Part shown: one piece after another, positions 23,477 through 38,026 of the stretch
Layout: every line of letters starts with the position of its first letter
How positions within the stretch are numbered: the first letter of the stretch is position 1
Assembly: GCF_008831285.2 (NCBI RefSeq)
Contig: NC_045138.2
Location: 32,922,001 to 32,986,000, forward strand
Direction of reading: 5' to 3'
Source of the DNA: Nymphaea colorata
Lineage: Eukaryota
Length of the DNA stretch: 64,000 bases
Program-made: the position numbers and the translations under genes
Notes under the pieces: generated by a model
What the model was told of the DNA's origin: nothing
The model's database searches: none
What the model saw: only the letters and a program-made list of their open reading frames with translations

Positions 23477-26375
23477 TATTTAGTCAATCGATAGCGACAA
23501 CCTAATTGCAACTTGAGTACTACTCCATGTTACAGAGTTGTTCATGCATGGGGTGTGTAGAAGCAATTTATAAGGTTGTGTGCTATTTCTGTCTCTGCAG
23601 ATTATTGACGCCTTCTTTATAACCTTTCACATTTAATTCTGTTATTTCTATCATTGTGATTGTTTCTGTTAGATAACAGGCATTTGCCTTGGTTTCCTAC
23701 AGCATGCGTCAAACTAAAACTAATGAGTTTGAAAGGAATTTAACTTCGAGTTAAAACTTCTTGGGAGTAACTTAACAAGATCCCTTTGAGTACTTATTTT
23801 CATGTGAAGTTGTATTCTACATAGTTTCAACTTGTAGCTGAGGAGATCTGGGAGAATCCAACCAATGACTACCTATATGAGGGCCTACAGCCAGCCTGCT
23901 ACTCGGTATGAAATAGTTTGAAATTTTAAAAAGCTGGTCGAACCAATTTGGTAGCACTGGATAATAAGAAAGACATGGGAAATAGAACAGGTTGCTTGAA
24001 GATGGTGGATCTTCTTCCCGGGGAAGATAAAAAGGGATGATTGGCATACTCATAAGCGTCCAGCCTGTTCAGAAAAGTTGATCTGCACTCTCTCGAAACC
24101 AAGTAGTTCTTGCTTTTGATTTCATGATAGATCTAAGGAAAGTTTCGTTCTTTTTCTTACAGATGGGGCACCCCGCGCAAAATAATGTGTCAATCATCAG
24201 CCTTATGTGTAACAAGTTGTGGATCAAGTGGGGACTCTGCTAATTAAATTCATTTGTATCCGAGCCCATTTAATATGCATGTGTGTGCGTGCATACATGC
24301 ATGCATATATGTGAAACCGGTCTTCTAGGAAAGTAGAAAGTAAATGTGCTCCTACGAGCCTGTATCTGAGTGACATATGGGCTTGAGGTGGCAGTTGCCC
24401 ACATGGTCCTTTAAGTTTTATTTACTTACATATTGATGCACATAATTTGCTTTTTTATATATTGTTCCCATTAGTCGACCTTATATTATATATTCGAAAG
24501 GGTCTAAAATTTTTTGAAGTAGCATCTCTCATTCAAAAACTCTTCGCTCCCCCTTTGCAACTAGCTAGACGACAGACAGAATACACTCTAGAGGTAATAT
24601 TTTTTCTTCGGCAGTTTTACTTTGTCTAGTAGTTACTAGACGAGAGATGTGATACTGTTGTAATAGTTAAGAGTACCCTTCTCCTCAATAACAGCACAGA
24701 AGAATGTTTTTGTGGAAGAAAAGTGCTCGATCACTGGTTTCTGGTATTTAACTGGTACATGTATCTGCTCTAAAGATTAGCAATGACAACAGATTCATGA
24801 AACATTACAACATGGTATTTATTTCATGAAGCTGCCTCAATTTTTAGTTTTACAACAGATTCATGAAACAGTTTTTGTTATAAAACTTTTGTTTCGTCTG
24901 AACCATATAATTCGACAAAAACTTAAGAAGATATAGTAGTTCTGTCCCACTAAAAAGAAACTTCTGGCTCGGGCCCGGTAACTCCTCAAGTATATTGAAT
25001 GGACATGACAGATTCTTCAACCAAAAATTATTTCTGAGCTTGGAAGACACCCTTTTGCCTGTTGCGGCAGAAGTGCCAGCAATGACATTCGCCACTCAGA
25101 TTTTTTGGGGTTCCCTCTGTGCTGCGCTGTTGATCTTATCAGATCTGGGAGCAGCGCCATCGCCATGGATGGTAGCTGCATCCTTCCCCTTGCTGGATTC
25201 ATCATTCCTTTTCAGTTATTATTTTAAAGGGGAGAGCTAGCTATCCCTCATATGTACTTGTGCCATTCCATCTGTAAAGCCAGTTCACTAGATTCATAGA
25301 AAAGGGCAGAAGATTCAGTGAAGCTCCAATCTGGCGCCTGGTTGACCAAAATGCCCATCGTCTTCTCTGGAGATAAATTTGTGGACCCAAGAACCGGTTC
25401 GCTTCTGTCCTCCTCATTAAAATGTGGACCTTATGGTTTATGCCATACAAGCATGGTTTGTTATGGGTTACTATATTTGAAATCTCCCCAAGTTCTTAAT
25501 AAAAAAGATTAGGACGCCCCATTATTGCACTGAACCTTTGTAAGAGAGAATTTAATTTTCTACTTCCCTTTAAATTACTTGATCCAAGAGTAAAAGAAAA
25601 GAAAGGTACAGATTCAAATTAAATTATATATTCTCTATTATACATTTTTCTTTTTCAGTACAAATTCATCTCATTCTTCTCTCTCTAGAGAATAGAAAGA
25701 GAAGCTACCCATGGTGCCTGTTTGCACAATCAACATCTTTATCTTTGGCATCGGTTCCCATCCCGTACCCAAAAGTTTAAAAAAATTAAAATAAAATAAA
25801 ATAAAAGGCGTTGGCTTTTAGCTCTTACAGGAACACCACATACAACCAATACCTTCATGGCACGCGTCCGCAATGGACAAATATTTGAAGCTATTTAGTG
25901 GGGCCCACCGACCCATTATTTCAACGCGCAGTGAACTAAAAGGGGAAATTGACAAAATCCTGGCGCTAATTTTTTCAAAGTGCCGATATACGGCTAAGAA
26001 AACACTTTTCCATAAGCTTAGAAACTTTGGTTTCTTTGTGTTTTTCTTCTAAAGACGGTAATATATAAACCAAAATCTTTGAGAAAAGAAAAAATTTGTA
26101 AGATACTAATAATCTGTGAATAGATTGGGAGAAAAAAAAAAAAAATTGGCAGTGGTAAAAACTAACAACCCAAATCCTTGTTGGCCATAAATGTGGAGTC
26201 AGGCACTCGGAAAAAGTATCTCACAGACAGATGCAACCATTTGTTCTCTTGCTCTTATCGTTATCTACAGTGACAATAATAAATGTCTCAAATACATGTG
26301 ATTGACCGACCATAAGGAGGGCCGGCGCTTCCTCTGGGACCTCTTTCCTCTCATATCTTTATTTTTTTTTTAAAA

Positions 26376-26416
<41 letters not shown>

Positions 26417-28717
26417 TATCCTTTCATTGGTGCTGGCACTATTTTGTACTTCATTGGTCCAAAAGCTCAACCATGAATACCAGACTGATGGAGTATACGT
26501 TTGAAATTCTAATCTTCCAGTCATTCATATGAATTATAAAATGTATATGTACATGACGGGAAGAGGGACAAAGTAAAAATATAGAATTTGGGAAATATTT
26601 TAAATTCGCACAAGAAGTGGAGATGAGAAAAGAAGTAGTTATCGTGCCTTGTTTTAGTAAACTAAGTTTACTTAGTGGTTTTTTTACTTTTATTTTTTTA
26701 ATTAGAAAAGCTGACATCCTACGTAAACCCACGTGAGATTCTGGCCACGGGGGGACCCGTTTACACTGATTAAACACGATATTAGTTTTCGTAATTGCAA
26801 TTAAGCGTCTGATACGTTTCTTGGGCCAATAAGATTTCGGCTTTTCCAAAAATTTCAAATTGATCATGAAACTGTATTAAAATCAAGTATCTAGAGGGAA
26901 TATTCGGATAAATTTTGGGGCTTCGCGTAAAACGATTTGTCGCTATCGGCTTGAGGGCAGCACAGGCAATCAATGTAGGTCCGGCACTCGCGTCCCCCTT
27001 CACATGGCCTTGGTCTCGGATGAACTGGCGAACCGGTGGGCCCAGCAGAAACCGACTCGGTAAACCTGCCTCATTCGTATCGGGTTTAACGACTCCGTTT
27101 GGTTTGGGTTGAGTCGGTCTGGGCTGTTGACTCGGAACGTGACAAAGCCTACCGAGAATGGGAATGGGACAATTATGTACCCAACTGCCAAACCGTATCG
27201 ATTAGGTAGTCGTTTGATCGGCAAAGATGTTTATGACCAAACTAAAGGACATGAGAACGTTTGCTAAGAACATGTTGTTCATGGAACACAACACATGTTT
27301 CTAAAATACATCCTTTGAAAGATATTAATAAGGGAAGAACATGAATGGTTGTTCATAAATTCAACAATAAAACAAAAAATACAATCGCGATATGTTTTCC
27401 AAAACAAAAGCATAGTGTTATTCAAACATGTCCTTTTTTTCTAATACTACGGCCAAACGCCCTCTATGAAATGCTCGCACAATTAGATTAAACAGATTCA
27501 GGTCGTTGAGATATCAAACATGACCAATTAAATTTCACCAATATGGTTGAGAATGGGGCCACGCGCTAGTGGAGCGTATGTATAATTGAGTGATGAATCT
27601 TGGGTCCCTAGAGCACGTCGGGCCACAAAGGCAAAAAACTGGGTTTCGTGAAAGGGACGGATCACTTGCCCCTTATTTCTAGACGCCAAAGATTCTTTTC
27701 GAGAATTCTCAAAATCACCTGCTTCACACGTTAAGAATGAGTAAAATTCGTTAGATATCTCCTACTTTTTTTTCTTTTTTATGGCAGTTTTTATTGACTC
27801 CTCTTTTTTCTTACTCTTATTGATTGATTCGCATTAGGATCTTATTCTAAGGCTTTTTCTTTTGTCAAAACGTGTGCCCTTTTTGAAATTTTTGCCATGC
27901 CCATCGTGGATTATGAGCTCAGTTTGCCGTTTGACACGACAACTCTCCAGTTTAGAATCGTGTGAGATGTGAACAATCTCATGAAATCTTGTGAAAGAAT
28001 TCGTGAACTTGGGCACGCTCTTTGAGACTTAAATTGGGATCATCTGATTATTTCGTGAGCTTGAGCCACATTTTAGGTTTATACAGCTATATGAATCACC
28101 ATCTCTCATTGTTAAATTCAGTTAATTTGGTCTGCCTAACCCTAGCTTGCCTATATAAAAGGAAAAAGTGGTGTTCTCTTAATTCTCTTTCATAAACATC
28201 AATTAAAGCTCATAACCATGTTACTTTTTAACTAATCATAAAGTCTTCCGACGGATTTCGCCTTCTAGTAAAGGAGGAAGTGCGCCGCCGATTAAACTAA
28301 ATTGATTTAAGCTTAAACTAATGGTTAAGTCAGAATCAGATCAACCTAACCAGGTGTGGGCCGGGCAGAGACTTTGTGAGGGCGGGCTGAGATGTTCTCC
28401 ACCAGTCGTCGCCTAAGCTAGGATTAGTGCAAGTCCAAATGCTTGATTACCAAAAGGGATTATATTAATATACCGTCCGAAGACTATTTCCGTGTGGGAC
28501 CCACCTCGCCAAAAATTTCATCCCCTCGTCCAATCGTTACTCACGTTGCTGATTTAAGTGATGATAGCCCCCAACATAAAGATCTTTCGGATGTTGACCC
28601 CTTCAATGGCTTCAAGCCTGCGGTGCTATAAATATATTTGTCACATTCAATACGCGTAAAAGCTTTCGAAAAAGTAAAGATGTTTCTGCTCTTCTTCTAC
28701 TGTTGACTTTGTAAGCG

Positions 28718-28761
<44 letters not shown>

Positions 28762-29649
28762 GTCTAACCTCTATCATCACCATGGTCATCACCAAATCCC
28801 ATCACCGTCATCAACAGATGCACATACGAAATCATCTTGAAAAAAGCTAGGTCATTATCTTTTACAATCTTTTGAAATGGTGGTCTTAAGTTTTTGTGAA
28901 AATTCCACTGAATTATTATGTTAAAGGGGGCACATACAGTGTTGTTATATAAAACAAAGATAAAACTAGCACAAGGACATAAACCTGTAAAAGCGATTCA
29001 TGTTTCTTATCTTTTCCCCATTGCGTTTATGGGCAGATTAGATCCTTTACAAGTAAAATATTTATAGTTGCCTAACTTACCTAATACAATTGTAGGTAAG
29101 TTCATTTTTCCATGGGGTTGGAATGCTGGATTTGGTACAATAGCACTTGTAACTTGTACTTTTCTTCTTCCCTCAAAGGCTACTTTGTCTCCTCAATGAA
29201 CTTTTCAAGTGGTCAAAAACTTCGAATAACAAACACGCAATACCAGTTCAAAACTCACAAGTAAAATCAACAGTATAAAGTAGTAGTCGATTTTTTTCCT
29301 GCACTATAATTGAAATGTCCAGTCTCTTTTGCTTTGGCTGCCAACTTTTTGACAATGATGTAGCACCACATAAGGTGACATTGAGAATGATAAAAATAGA
29401 ACCTGGAAAACAAACTCAAAAATGAAAAAAAAAGAAAAAAGAAAAGTTGTTCTATTTTTGTGGCTCTAAGCTAAAGACAAAATTTGGTTCCAACTTGGGT
29501 AGCAGATAAATCTCCCTTTAAGGAGTAGATTCTATGGGAATGATTTCTTTAGTGAATGTAAAGAGTGATTAGTTCAGATTTTCTTTTCCTAATGAAGCAG
29601 CTTGTGGCTTTCAATGGCATAGAACTTCACATAGTGCATCTCAACTAAT

Positions 29650-29900
29650 TTTGAGACCCATTAGTATGCGTTTAATTGCCTCTACGGATTTGAGATCTTC
29701 AAATTTAAGATCCGACAGTTTCCCAATGCAAAGACGTAAAATAACGATCTTAATTATAAACCTTAGGTCTGATGTAAGATCCTTGGTTTGATAAACTATA
29801 CATTTTTTCCATGTATATTTTGTCACTTCAGCAAAAGTATGCCATATTAGATCCACATCAAATCCATGGATTTCAAATCTCGAGTAATCAAACGCCCCCT
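29650..29900. mobile_element. Tourist/PIF-like MITE relic
   Basis: Ends in AATCAAACGCCCCC, a Tourist-type terminus. Internal sequence is related to the CNGC-intron relic. Confidence 0.45.
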
Positions 29901-32900
29901 TGGGGTTGTTTAGAAGAATATTGTTAATGGAAATACGAGTGTTCTTTGCAGTTCTCTTAAAACATAACCATGCTTGATGAAACAAACAGGCTTGGATCCA
30001 CATTCAGATCTTGTGTATCGTATTTGAATATGAATGGTTCAAATATGTTAATACGGGTGAATGTTTTCTGGAATGGATCTGGCTGGCAGGAGATCGGGTT
30101 ACCATCTAGATCCGATCACTTTGGATTCTCCACTACCTTAGTCATATTGATTTGGACCTGATTGCAACGGAACTCGGTGCCCCCATATGTCCATATCCGT
30201 GGATATGGGACGGACCATGCTCGATTAAGAGACTTAGGCAAAACGGAATTGGACCTGGACTTGAGTCAATCGCAAGTGACAAGGATGGTCCATTCTAGAA
30301 TTGACTCATCCTGTTATACAGGAAAAGTATGGTCCCACCAATTATTGCCACGGTCCCAGAGAGCGATTGAATCCAGATCTGGTAACTCGAACCGGGTTCT
30401 AACCGAAGATGCAAACAAATCCAGTTCAAATCAAAGTAGCCGTAGGTACCCACCAATTATTCCCGTCCAGCGACTTACAGTCTTCTGACTCATCCTCTTA
30501 TCCAGTCCAAACATTAACTTATATCCAATCCAAACTCATGGATCGGCCATCTCCGATTCACCCGTTCGCCCATGACTCGCCGATACCGAGTCCCCAAAGC
30601 CTGCCTCCTTAGAACGTGGAGCATTATTAAAAAAAGAAATCAATAAATGGGGAGATCCCCCATATAAGTTCCTAAGAGCCATCATCTGAACCGTCGATTC
30701 AAAGGCGCCGCCTGCCATCATCTGAACCGTCGAATCATGAGAAAACCAATAAAATGCGCTCGTCAACGGGAATGCGCATCAGGTTTTCCTGACCCATCGG
30801 AGCCGTGCATATAACGATCGGACGGTGCTCGGCGAGCGATCGCTTGGGGGTAAATCGTATGCAATGATTGCTCTCTATATTTTTTTTTTTTTTTTTTTGC
30901 GTTGAAATGATTTTTTTGTTCCGTGTAGGGACGGATAAGAGAAACGCTCACCGAACTTTAACCTGCGGTTAAAAAGGAGGAAAAAAGAATCTGGAGAAAT
31001 TAATCATCGGCTTTGTTCATTGTGACATAATATCTTACTGTTTTTTTACCTTTTTATTTTCGATCTCTTACGGGGCCTTATTATATATTACATCGAAAAA
31101 TAAAACCATCTAATAAAATAATAAATGACAGAAGTTTTTGGTGAAGATCGAGGCCCAAAGCTTCCCTCGTGGCCTTCCTCGATCCTCGTGGTTGTTTGGG
31201 ACGGCGAATTACCAGAAACCCCAGACTTCCAACTGCGACCAACTAAACTGCCATTACCGAGCCGTTGCCTGCCCTTCTCCGGCTAGAGTTCTGTTCCGGT
31301 TCAGAACCGTCTGAGAGCTTCAATTTAATAGACTTGATTACTGTGGTTTTAAAGCATGTCGATTAGGAAAATATTCATCCAAAGCAGCAATGGAAGCATT
31401 ATTAAGATAACAAAATGTCACGACAAATGATGTAAAAGATGGTACGGCGACAATGACCTCGGTAGGCCGTCTATCAAAATGATTGGTGAAAACGGAAGTA
31501 ACGAGAACGTACCCCACGCCATCCATGGCCATGGTGAAGATGACGATGATCCAAGCTAAGCCAATGAATACTACTAATAGCATATGCGATGTTTTATTGC
31601 CGCCCCAATTATTTGTACCTTAGCAAGCGAGAGCATCAGATTAAAAGTTGAACGCCCAAGCAAAACCATCTTTAAACACTAGATTTTAACCGATTGGTTT
31701 GAGTCATGATGTAAGTATGAATATGCTTAAACTAGATGTAATATATTAAGGGGTATTTTATTAACTCCGATATAATTTGGTGTTGAAACCATGAAGGTCC
31801 GGTTTCCCCGAGACAGTTATCTGGAGAGGCTGTTTAAGGCTTTCTTTTATTTTTCCGTTATATACGCTACGATTCTATTGACGCATGCAAACGCAAAGAC
31901 TGGAATATTTCAAGATATCGCGGATATTTATCCGCCCGAGATTTTCCTGAGAGGTTACGTTGCGGGAAGGGTGCTCGGAACCGGATTCTGGTGAGACGGA
32001 ACGACGGGGGTTCGAAACTCGACTCGGGTTCGCGAAGGCCGTCCCCTTTTACGTCGGACCTTTCTCCCGACTTCGATAAAGAAAAAGCAGGTCGGGCATG
32101 TTGGACCGGATCCGATCCGAGGTCCCACCGAATGGGCTTTTAGTAAATTTGGGAGGAGAACATGTGCTTTCTGGTAACTGATGATCAGCCAGCACTCCAC
32201 TACAGCAGGCGAGGTGTCAGGTAAACTCGCAGAGCTCCTCTCTCTCTGATTTTCTTTTTTATATTTAATAATTTGCTTTCCGATTGCCCAACTTGGAGAG
32301 ATTCGTGAAATCTGAGTCGTCAGAAGAGGAGATCTAGGGCCCTCTCTCCCTTTCTCTCTCTATCTCAGTAGAACGGAGATATGTAGTTGGATCGATCGAG
32401 GAGGAGGCTGGTCTTCTTAATATCTGTTGTCTCTGCTTGGTCTCTCATGGTGGATCGCTCTGTGAGCTCTGTGCTAGGGTTTGGATTTTGCTTTACCCTT
32501 TCTGCGGGAAACTTTCCCCCAATCTTTTGAGATATTGGAAGGTGAATGCTGAATCCCATCTTCTGAAGCCCATGGTGTTGTGTTTCGCATCTGATCCAGG
32601 GGGGGGATTCCTTCTACGAGGTTCCTGGAGCCGTTTTTAAGGGTTAGGGCTTCCTTTTTCGTGGATTGCCGCTGCTTGGATCTTGGAGGACCACGCTTGA
32701 TCTTAAAAAGAGCGAGCTTTTCTAGGGTTTTTCGTGGTCTCTGAAGATTTTGATTTTTACGTTGAGCTTGAGTGCTGGAAGTAAGGAGAAGGGGTCTGCT
32801 GAGGGGAAAATGGCGGCTCTTCAGCTGAGGCTCTCGCTATGAGGTTGGGGTTCGGCGGGGCCTTTTGGATGTGAACCTGCCATGGACAATCTCGCTTTGA

Positions 32901-32964
32901 TCTAAAGAAGTATAAGCTTGATTTGCTGATGGCAGGCGTTTGTTAGATCGTATTTTTGGCAAAA

Positions 32965-35900
32965 ATGTCGGTGGCAAGGAGGAAAAAGGACGCTGCAGGC
33001 GGGGAGGAGGACGCCAGAGTTTCCTCCTTCCCTGATGAAGTTCTGGAGCACGTCCTTGTCTTCTTGAAATCTCACAAGGATCGCAGCGCGGTTTCACTCG
33101 TATGCAAGGATTGGTACGCCGCGGAGAGGTGGAGCAGGACTCATGTGTTCATCGGGAACTGTTATTCTGTCTCGCCACAGATCCTGGTCCGGCGATTTCC
33201 TAACATCCGGAGCATCACGCTCAAGGGGAAGCCTCGATTCTCCGATTTCAACCTCGTCCCGCCGCATTGGGGTGCGGATATCCACTCATGGCTGGTTGTT
33301 CTGGCTAAGGCGTATCCTTTCTTGGAGGAACTCAGGCTCAAGAGGATGACTGTTACGGATGAGAGCCTTGATTTTCTAGCGACCTCCTTCCCGAACTTCC
33401 GGGCACTGTCGCTCGTTAGCTGTGACGGATTCAGCACGGATGGCCTTGCGTCGATTGCTACACATTGCAAGTATTTCTTCGTCCCTCAGTAATTTCTGTG
33501 TTGGCAGTTTGGTCTTTTCTAGTTTTGGGGATGAAAGAAATTATGCACATGATGCTATTGCAACTGTGCGTTTTAATGTTGGATGGCTTCTTGAAGTTGG
33601 TATTGCAGGTTGTGTTTGTGAACAATATTCTCTTGCTAGATGTTGCTGCTTAGTTAAGGCCTAGATTTTTTTTTTTCTCTTCTAACGATACCTCTGCAAA
33701 AATTGCCCTTAATATGTGTTTATAAGCCTCAAGATCTGTCTAACACATGACTATTTTCTGAAATTTATTCTTCGGGCTTGCTGAATGGCACAATTACCGA
33801 TGGTGACTGGACGTTGCAACTGCTTCACTCTCAAATTTGGGATCTGAAATCACACCTGTTTCCTTTGTTTTTCACTTGTTACATGAGGTTGACTTTATGC
33901 TGGCTGTCTGGTTTAGGAAGTTTGAACTGACACTAAGTCTCTTTGCTGACTTTGAGGACTTTTTGCGGCTGTATTTGTAGGCCTGGATAGGTGTGATGCT
34001 CTTGCCTTCTATGATTCTACAATAGAACAGGAACCACAACACAAGTTGAATAAATGGTCCCTATCTTTTCTCCCCATTGATCTAAAATGGAGTCCCGATC
34101 CCTTTACTTCATGGTTTCTCGGTGTTGCAGAAACTTTTATGTTCACTGAAACCACGCCTGAAGCTTCATGGAAGATGCAACTGTGCTTAATCGCTATTCG
34201 GGCACAATTTTCCTGACGATGATTCTTTAAGATTGCAGAACCTTCTCATGGACACCACCTAAATTTTGTTTTAGTTTCATGAATCCGTCTTACTCACATA
34301 CACTTTTTAAGTTGTTCGCCAGGTTGCTCAATTCTTAGCGTATTACCTTGTAAGAAGATGTGTTTCTACATTATCTTTGCATGTTTCATCAAATTAGCGT
34401 TCAGTATCAGGTACGCAGAACTGGATGCGAGCACCTGGAATAGCTGTCACATAAATGAGGATGATAAGATACAAGAACCTTTAATATGTCTACATGTATC
34501 TCTAAGACGATCAGAGAAACTGAAGATAACACATTTTTATACGATACATAGTGTCCATAAGAAAATCAGCATGTTCAATTAAATTCAAGATGCGACTTGC
34601 TTGGTCTATATCTGAAATAACCACCTTAGACGTACTTCTTATTTAAATGCCCAAGCAGCAATATTGTTAGTGTACGTTAAAGCTATTGATTGCTGATTGA
34701 CACTGGCAGTCCACCGATGTATAATTTGGCATAACCTAGCATTTGGTCTGTTTCTCTTAGCTGAAGATGCTGAGCTTATTTGCTGCCTTTGGTAAATTTA
34801 CTTGTTGGTTCTTTAAGGAGAAAAAAGGGACCATAATCTTCATTCTGCCTCTTTTGTGTCCTTGGTGTCAACGTGCTATTTAAATGCTACTGGAGTTTGC
34901 CTATGTTCATATTTTAGGATCCATTTTAATGTTTATCTGGGTCGAAATTGTTGAGAGTATTAGTAGCATAATTATTTGGCATTCTTAACTTGGTAGGTGG
35001 CACCCCGTGCCATGTTTGCCATTCTGATGTTGCAGTGGTGTACTTTGAATGGTTTATTTTGTATTCTTGGACGGAAATTGTGTTTCGAGCTTGACTTACG
35101 GTAGATGCTGGTGGTATCTGACGTGCTTCGTTATGTACTTTATTTTCATCTAACTTTCTTTTGCTAATCTGATTAATTATACGTTAAACTTTCAGGAACT
35201 TAACGGAGATGGACATACAAGAGAATGACGTACTTGACCTTGGAGGGCACTGGCTAAGTTGTTTTCCTGAAAGTTTTTCATCTCTTGAGATCCTCAATTT
35301 TGCAAGTCTCAATAGTGAAGTAAGCTTCGATGCTCTAGAAAGGCTTGTGTCACGGTGCAAATCACTGAAGGTTCTGAAAGTAAACAAATGTGTGTCACCA
35401 GAGCAGTTGCAGAGGCTTCTTGTTAAAGTTCCAAACCTGGTGGACCTTGGCACTGGGTCACTTTTACAGGAACTTACTATTCGGCAATTTGCTGAGGTGA
35501 AAAGTGCATTGGGCAACTGTAAAAAATTGCATACTTTATCTGGCTTGTGGGAAGTAACGTCGTTGTATATTCCTGCTCTATCTCTGGCTTGTGCGAACCT
35601 TACATTTTTGAATTTAAGCTATGCTGTCCTTCAAAACACAGAGTTGGCTCAGCTGCTTGCAGGATGCCCTCAGCTTCGGCGCTTATGGGTATGTGATGAT
35701 ATCAAACTTTTCTTAAGCATAACCTATGTTTACTTGTTTCGTACATTTCCATTCTAAGAAGATGGTTTCTGTACACTTCCAGGGCAACTAACTAATTTAG
35801 TTGGGCTTATAAATTAGTTCACGTTCGTAGAAACGTGTTAACAAATTGGGAGCTTCAACCATGTCCCAATAACCTTTGCTACATGGGTGGGTTGACTTCG

Positions 35901-36878
35901 ATACTATTGGATTGGGCTCAAGGATCGCGTCTACTGTTTAATATAGTGAGACGCTTGGGTTGTTATTTTGGTTAGTAGATTTAGCACCATGGGTTAGTCA
36001 TATTTATAATTGTAGGCTGTAATCCAAGGTCATTGTTCCTCATTTTGGTTATGCTTCTTGAGAATGGTTCGTTCTATGCACTCTATAAAGTATAATATGT
36101 CTTCTCCGTTTTTTGATCCTGTCAGGTCTTGGACACCGTTGAGGACAAAGGGTTGGAAGCTGTGGCATCTGCATGCCCAGGCCTGGAAGAACTACGTGTT
36201 TTTCCTGCTGCTCCTTATGAACCAGATCTTAGTGGTGTGACGGAGTCTGGTTTCGTTGCTGTTTCTCGTGGTTGCCCAAACTTGCGCTATGTACTTTACT
36301 TCTGTAGGCGGATGACAAATGCTGCTGTCGAGACGGTGGCCAAAAACTGTCCCAACTTTACTCACTTCCGTCTTTGTATTATGAATCCCTGTGAGCCTGA
36401 TTATTTAACAAATGATCCGATGGATGAAGGTTTTGGTGCTGTGGTCAAGCATTGCAGCAAGATACAGAGGCTTGCTGTATCTGGGCTTCTCACTGACCGC
36501 TCATTTGAGTACATTGGTTTGTATGCTAAGAACTTGGAGACACTCTCGGTCGCATTTGCAGGCAGCAGCGATCGGGGAATGCAGTATGTGTTGCAAGGGT
36601 GCCCCAAACTGCGGAAACTAGAGATCAGGGATTGCCCATTTGGGAATGCTGCTCTGTTGTCAGGGCTGGAGCGTTATGAACAGATGCGCTCGTTGTGGAT
36701 GTCTGCATGCAGGGTGACGATGAGTGCCTGCAGGATACTGGCAAGGGAGATGCCTAGGCTAAATGTTGAAGTGATTAAGGATCCCGAGGGTGATGAGGCG
36801 CATGCAGATAAAGTGTACGTCTACAGGTCGGTGGCTGGCCCCAGAACTGATGCGCCACCCTTTGTTCTTACGCTCTGA
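32965..36878 (+). CDS. AFB6: TIR1/AFB family auxin receptor F-box protein, AFB6-like clade
   Basis: Exons 32965-33470, 35196-35688, 36126-36878 with GT-AG introns, the canonical 3-exon TIR1/AFB layout. F-box [24 protein letters not shown], LRRs, [13 protein letters not shown] and [19 protein letters not shown] and WGADIHSWL with a short N-terminal extension match AFB6 proteins as recalled. Family call is firm; clade call is less so. Confidence 0.92.
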
Positions 36879-38026
36879 TCAGGGTCCCTGGTAAGCTTCT
36901 CTTTGTTGAAGTTGCTCATAGATGGGCTGTGAACGAGTTTATGCATTTTCTTCCATTTCTGATGTTATATTATGAAAGACAAGCCGTTCACGTAGCTACA
37001 TATTTCTCTTGGGCAGAGACGTAATATGTAATACTGGTTACTTGTCAACAACTCATAGGAAAGCTTTTCTGCATATCATATTCCTAGGATACTTTTATGC
37101 CCGTATGTAAAAACTTCGTATCAAAGTCCGGCCGTGCATGTATCTTTGTCATGGTAATGGTATCTTTTCCCATGTCTTCTATGATTCGCTTCGGGGATCG
37201 TCATGTGCTGATGATTTCAAACCAATAGTCAACGTCAACCCTTCTCCATTTGCATTGTATCCCTAATGTTTGCCGTTTTGTTCTTGAAATCTTTTAGCAA
37301 AACTCTGTCATTTTCGTTACCCGCTTGAACATTTGTCAGTTCGAAATGTCATTTTGAGGGATTAATTATCGATAAGAGCATTTTATTTAAATGCGAAGTA
37401 TGATGTACTGTACACGTGCAACTGCTGGTATAAGATTTATACGTTCCCTTGGGCACTTTGTTGTTATTGTTTGAAGCACAGGCATCGGGCTAGGTGGTGC
37501 AAGAATAGTGATCCTCTCGGGTTCTATGTTTACTCCGACGGATGGCACTATTACTCTCTCCTGTCTTCTCTTAGTTCTCGTTGTTCGTGTCAACTGTCAC
37601 TACGCTCCTCGTATTTGCGGACTAGTCTGGAATCATTCTAAATTATCATGTATAAATGCAGCTTCCATCTTGGCATCTTCTTTGTCGTTTCTTGAACCAG
37701 GAGTACCCAATCGATTGAGGGCAGTAGCTTTTAGTTATCTAGTTCAGGCTGGACTAATTTCTTAGTCGCTTGTATCAATCTTACGGAAACATTTTCCTCA
37801 TTCCTTGGTCAAGTAAAACGATACAAGGGAAAAGCTGTGGCCACACTATTTTTGCTTTATTTCTCAACATAGTCTCATCTTCTGATTAAAGCATTAACTC
37901 ATGGGCAGTCATCTCATACCTGACGGCACAGCCATCAGCTTGTTTGCTTGCAGCGGTTCGCCATTTTGTTGCTTTTCAAACATTACTGTCAACGTTGCTG
38001 CTGCGTTGCTAATGTATCATGTTTCT

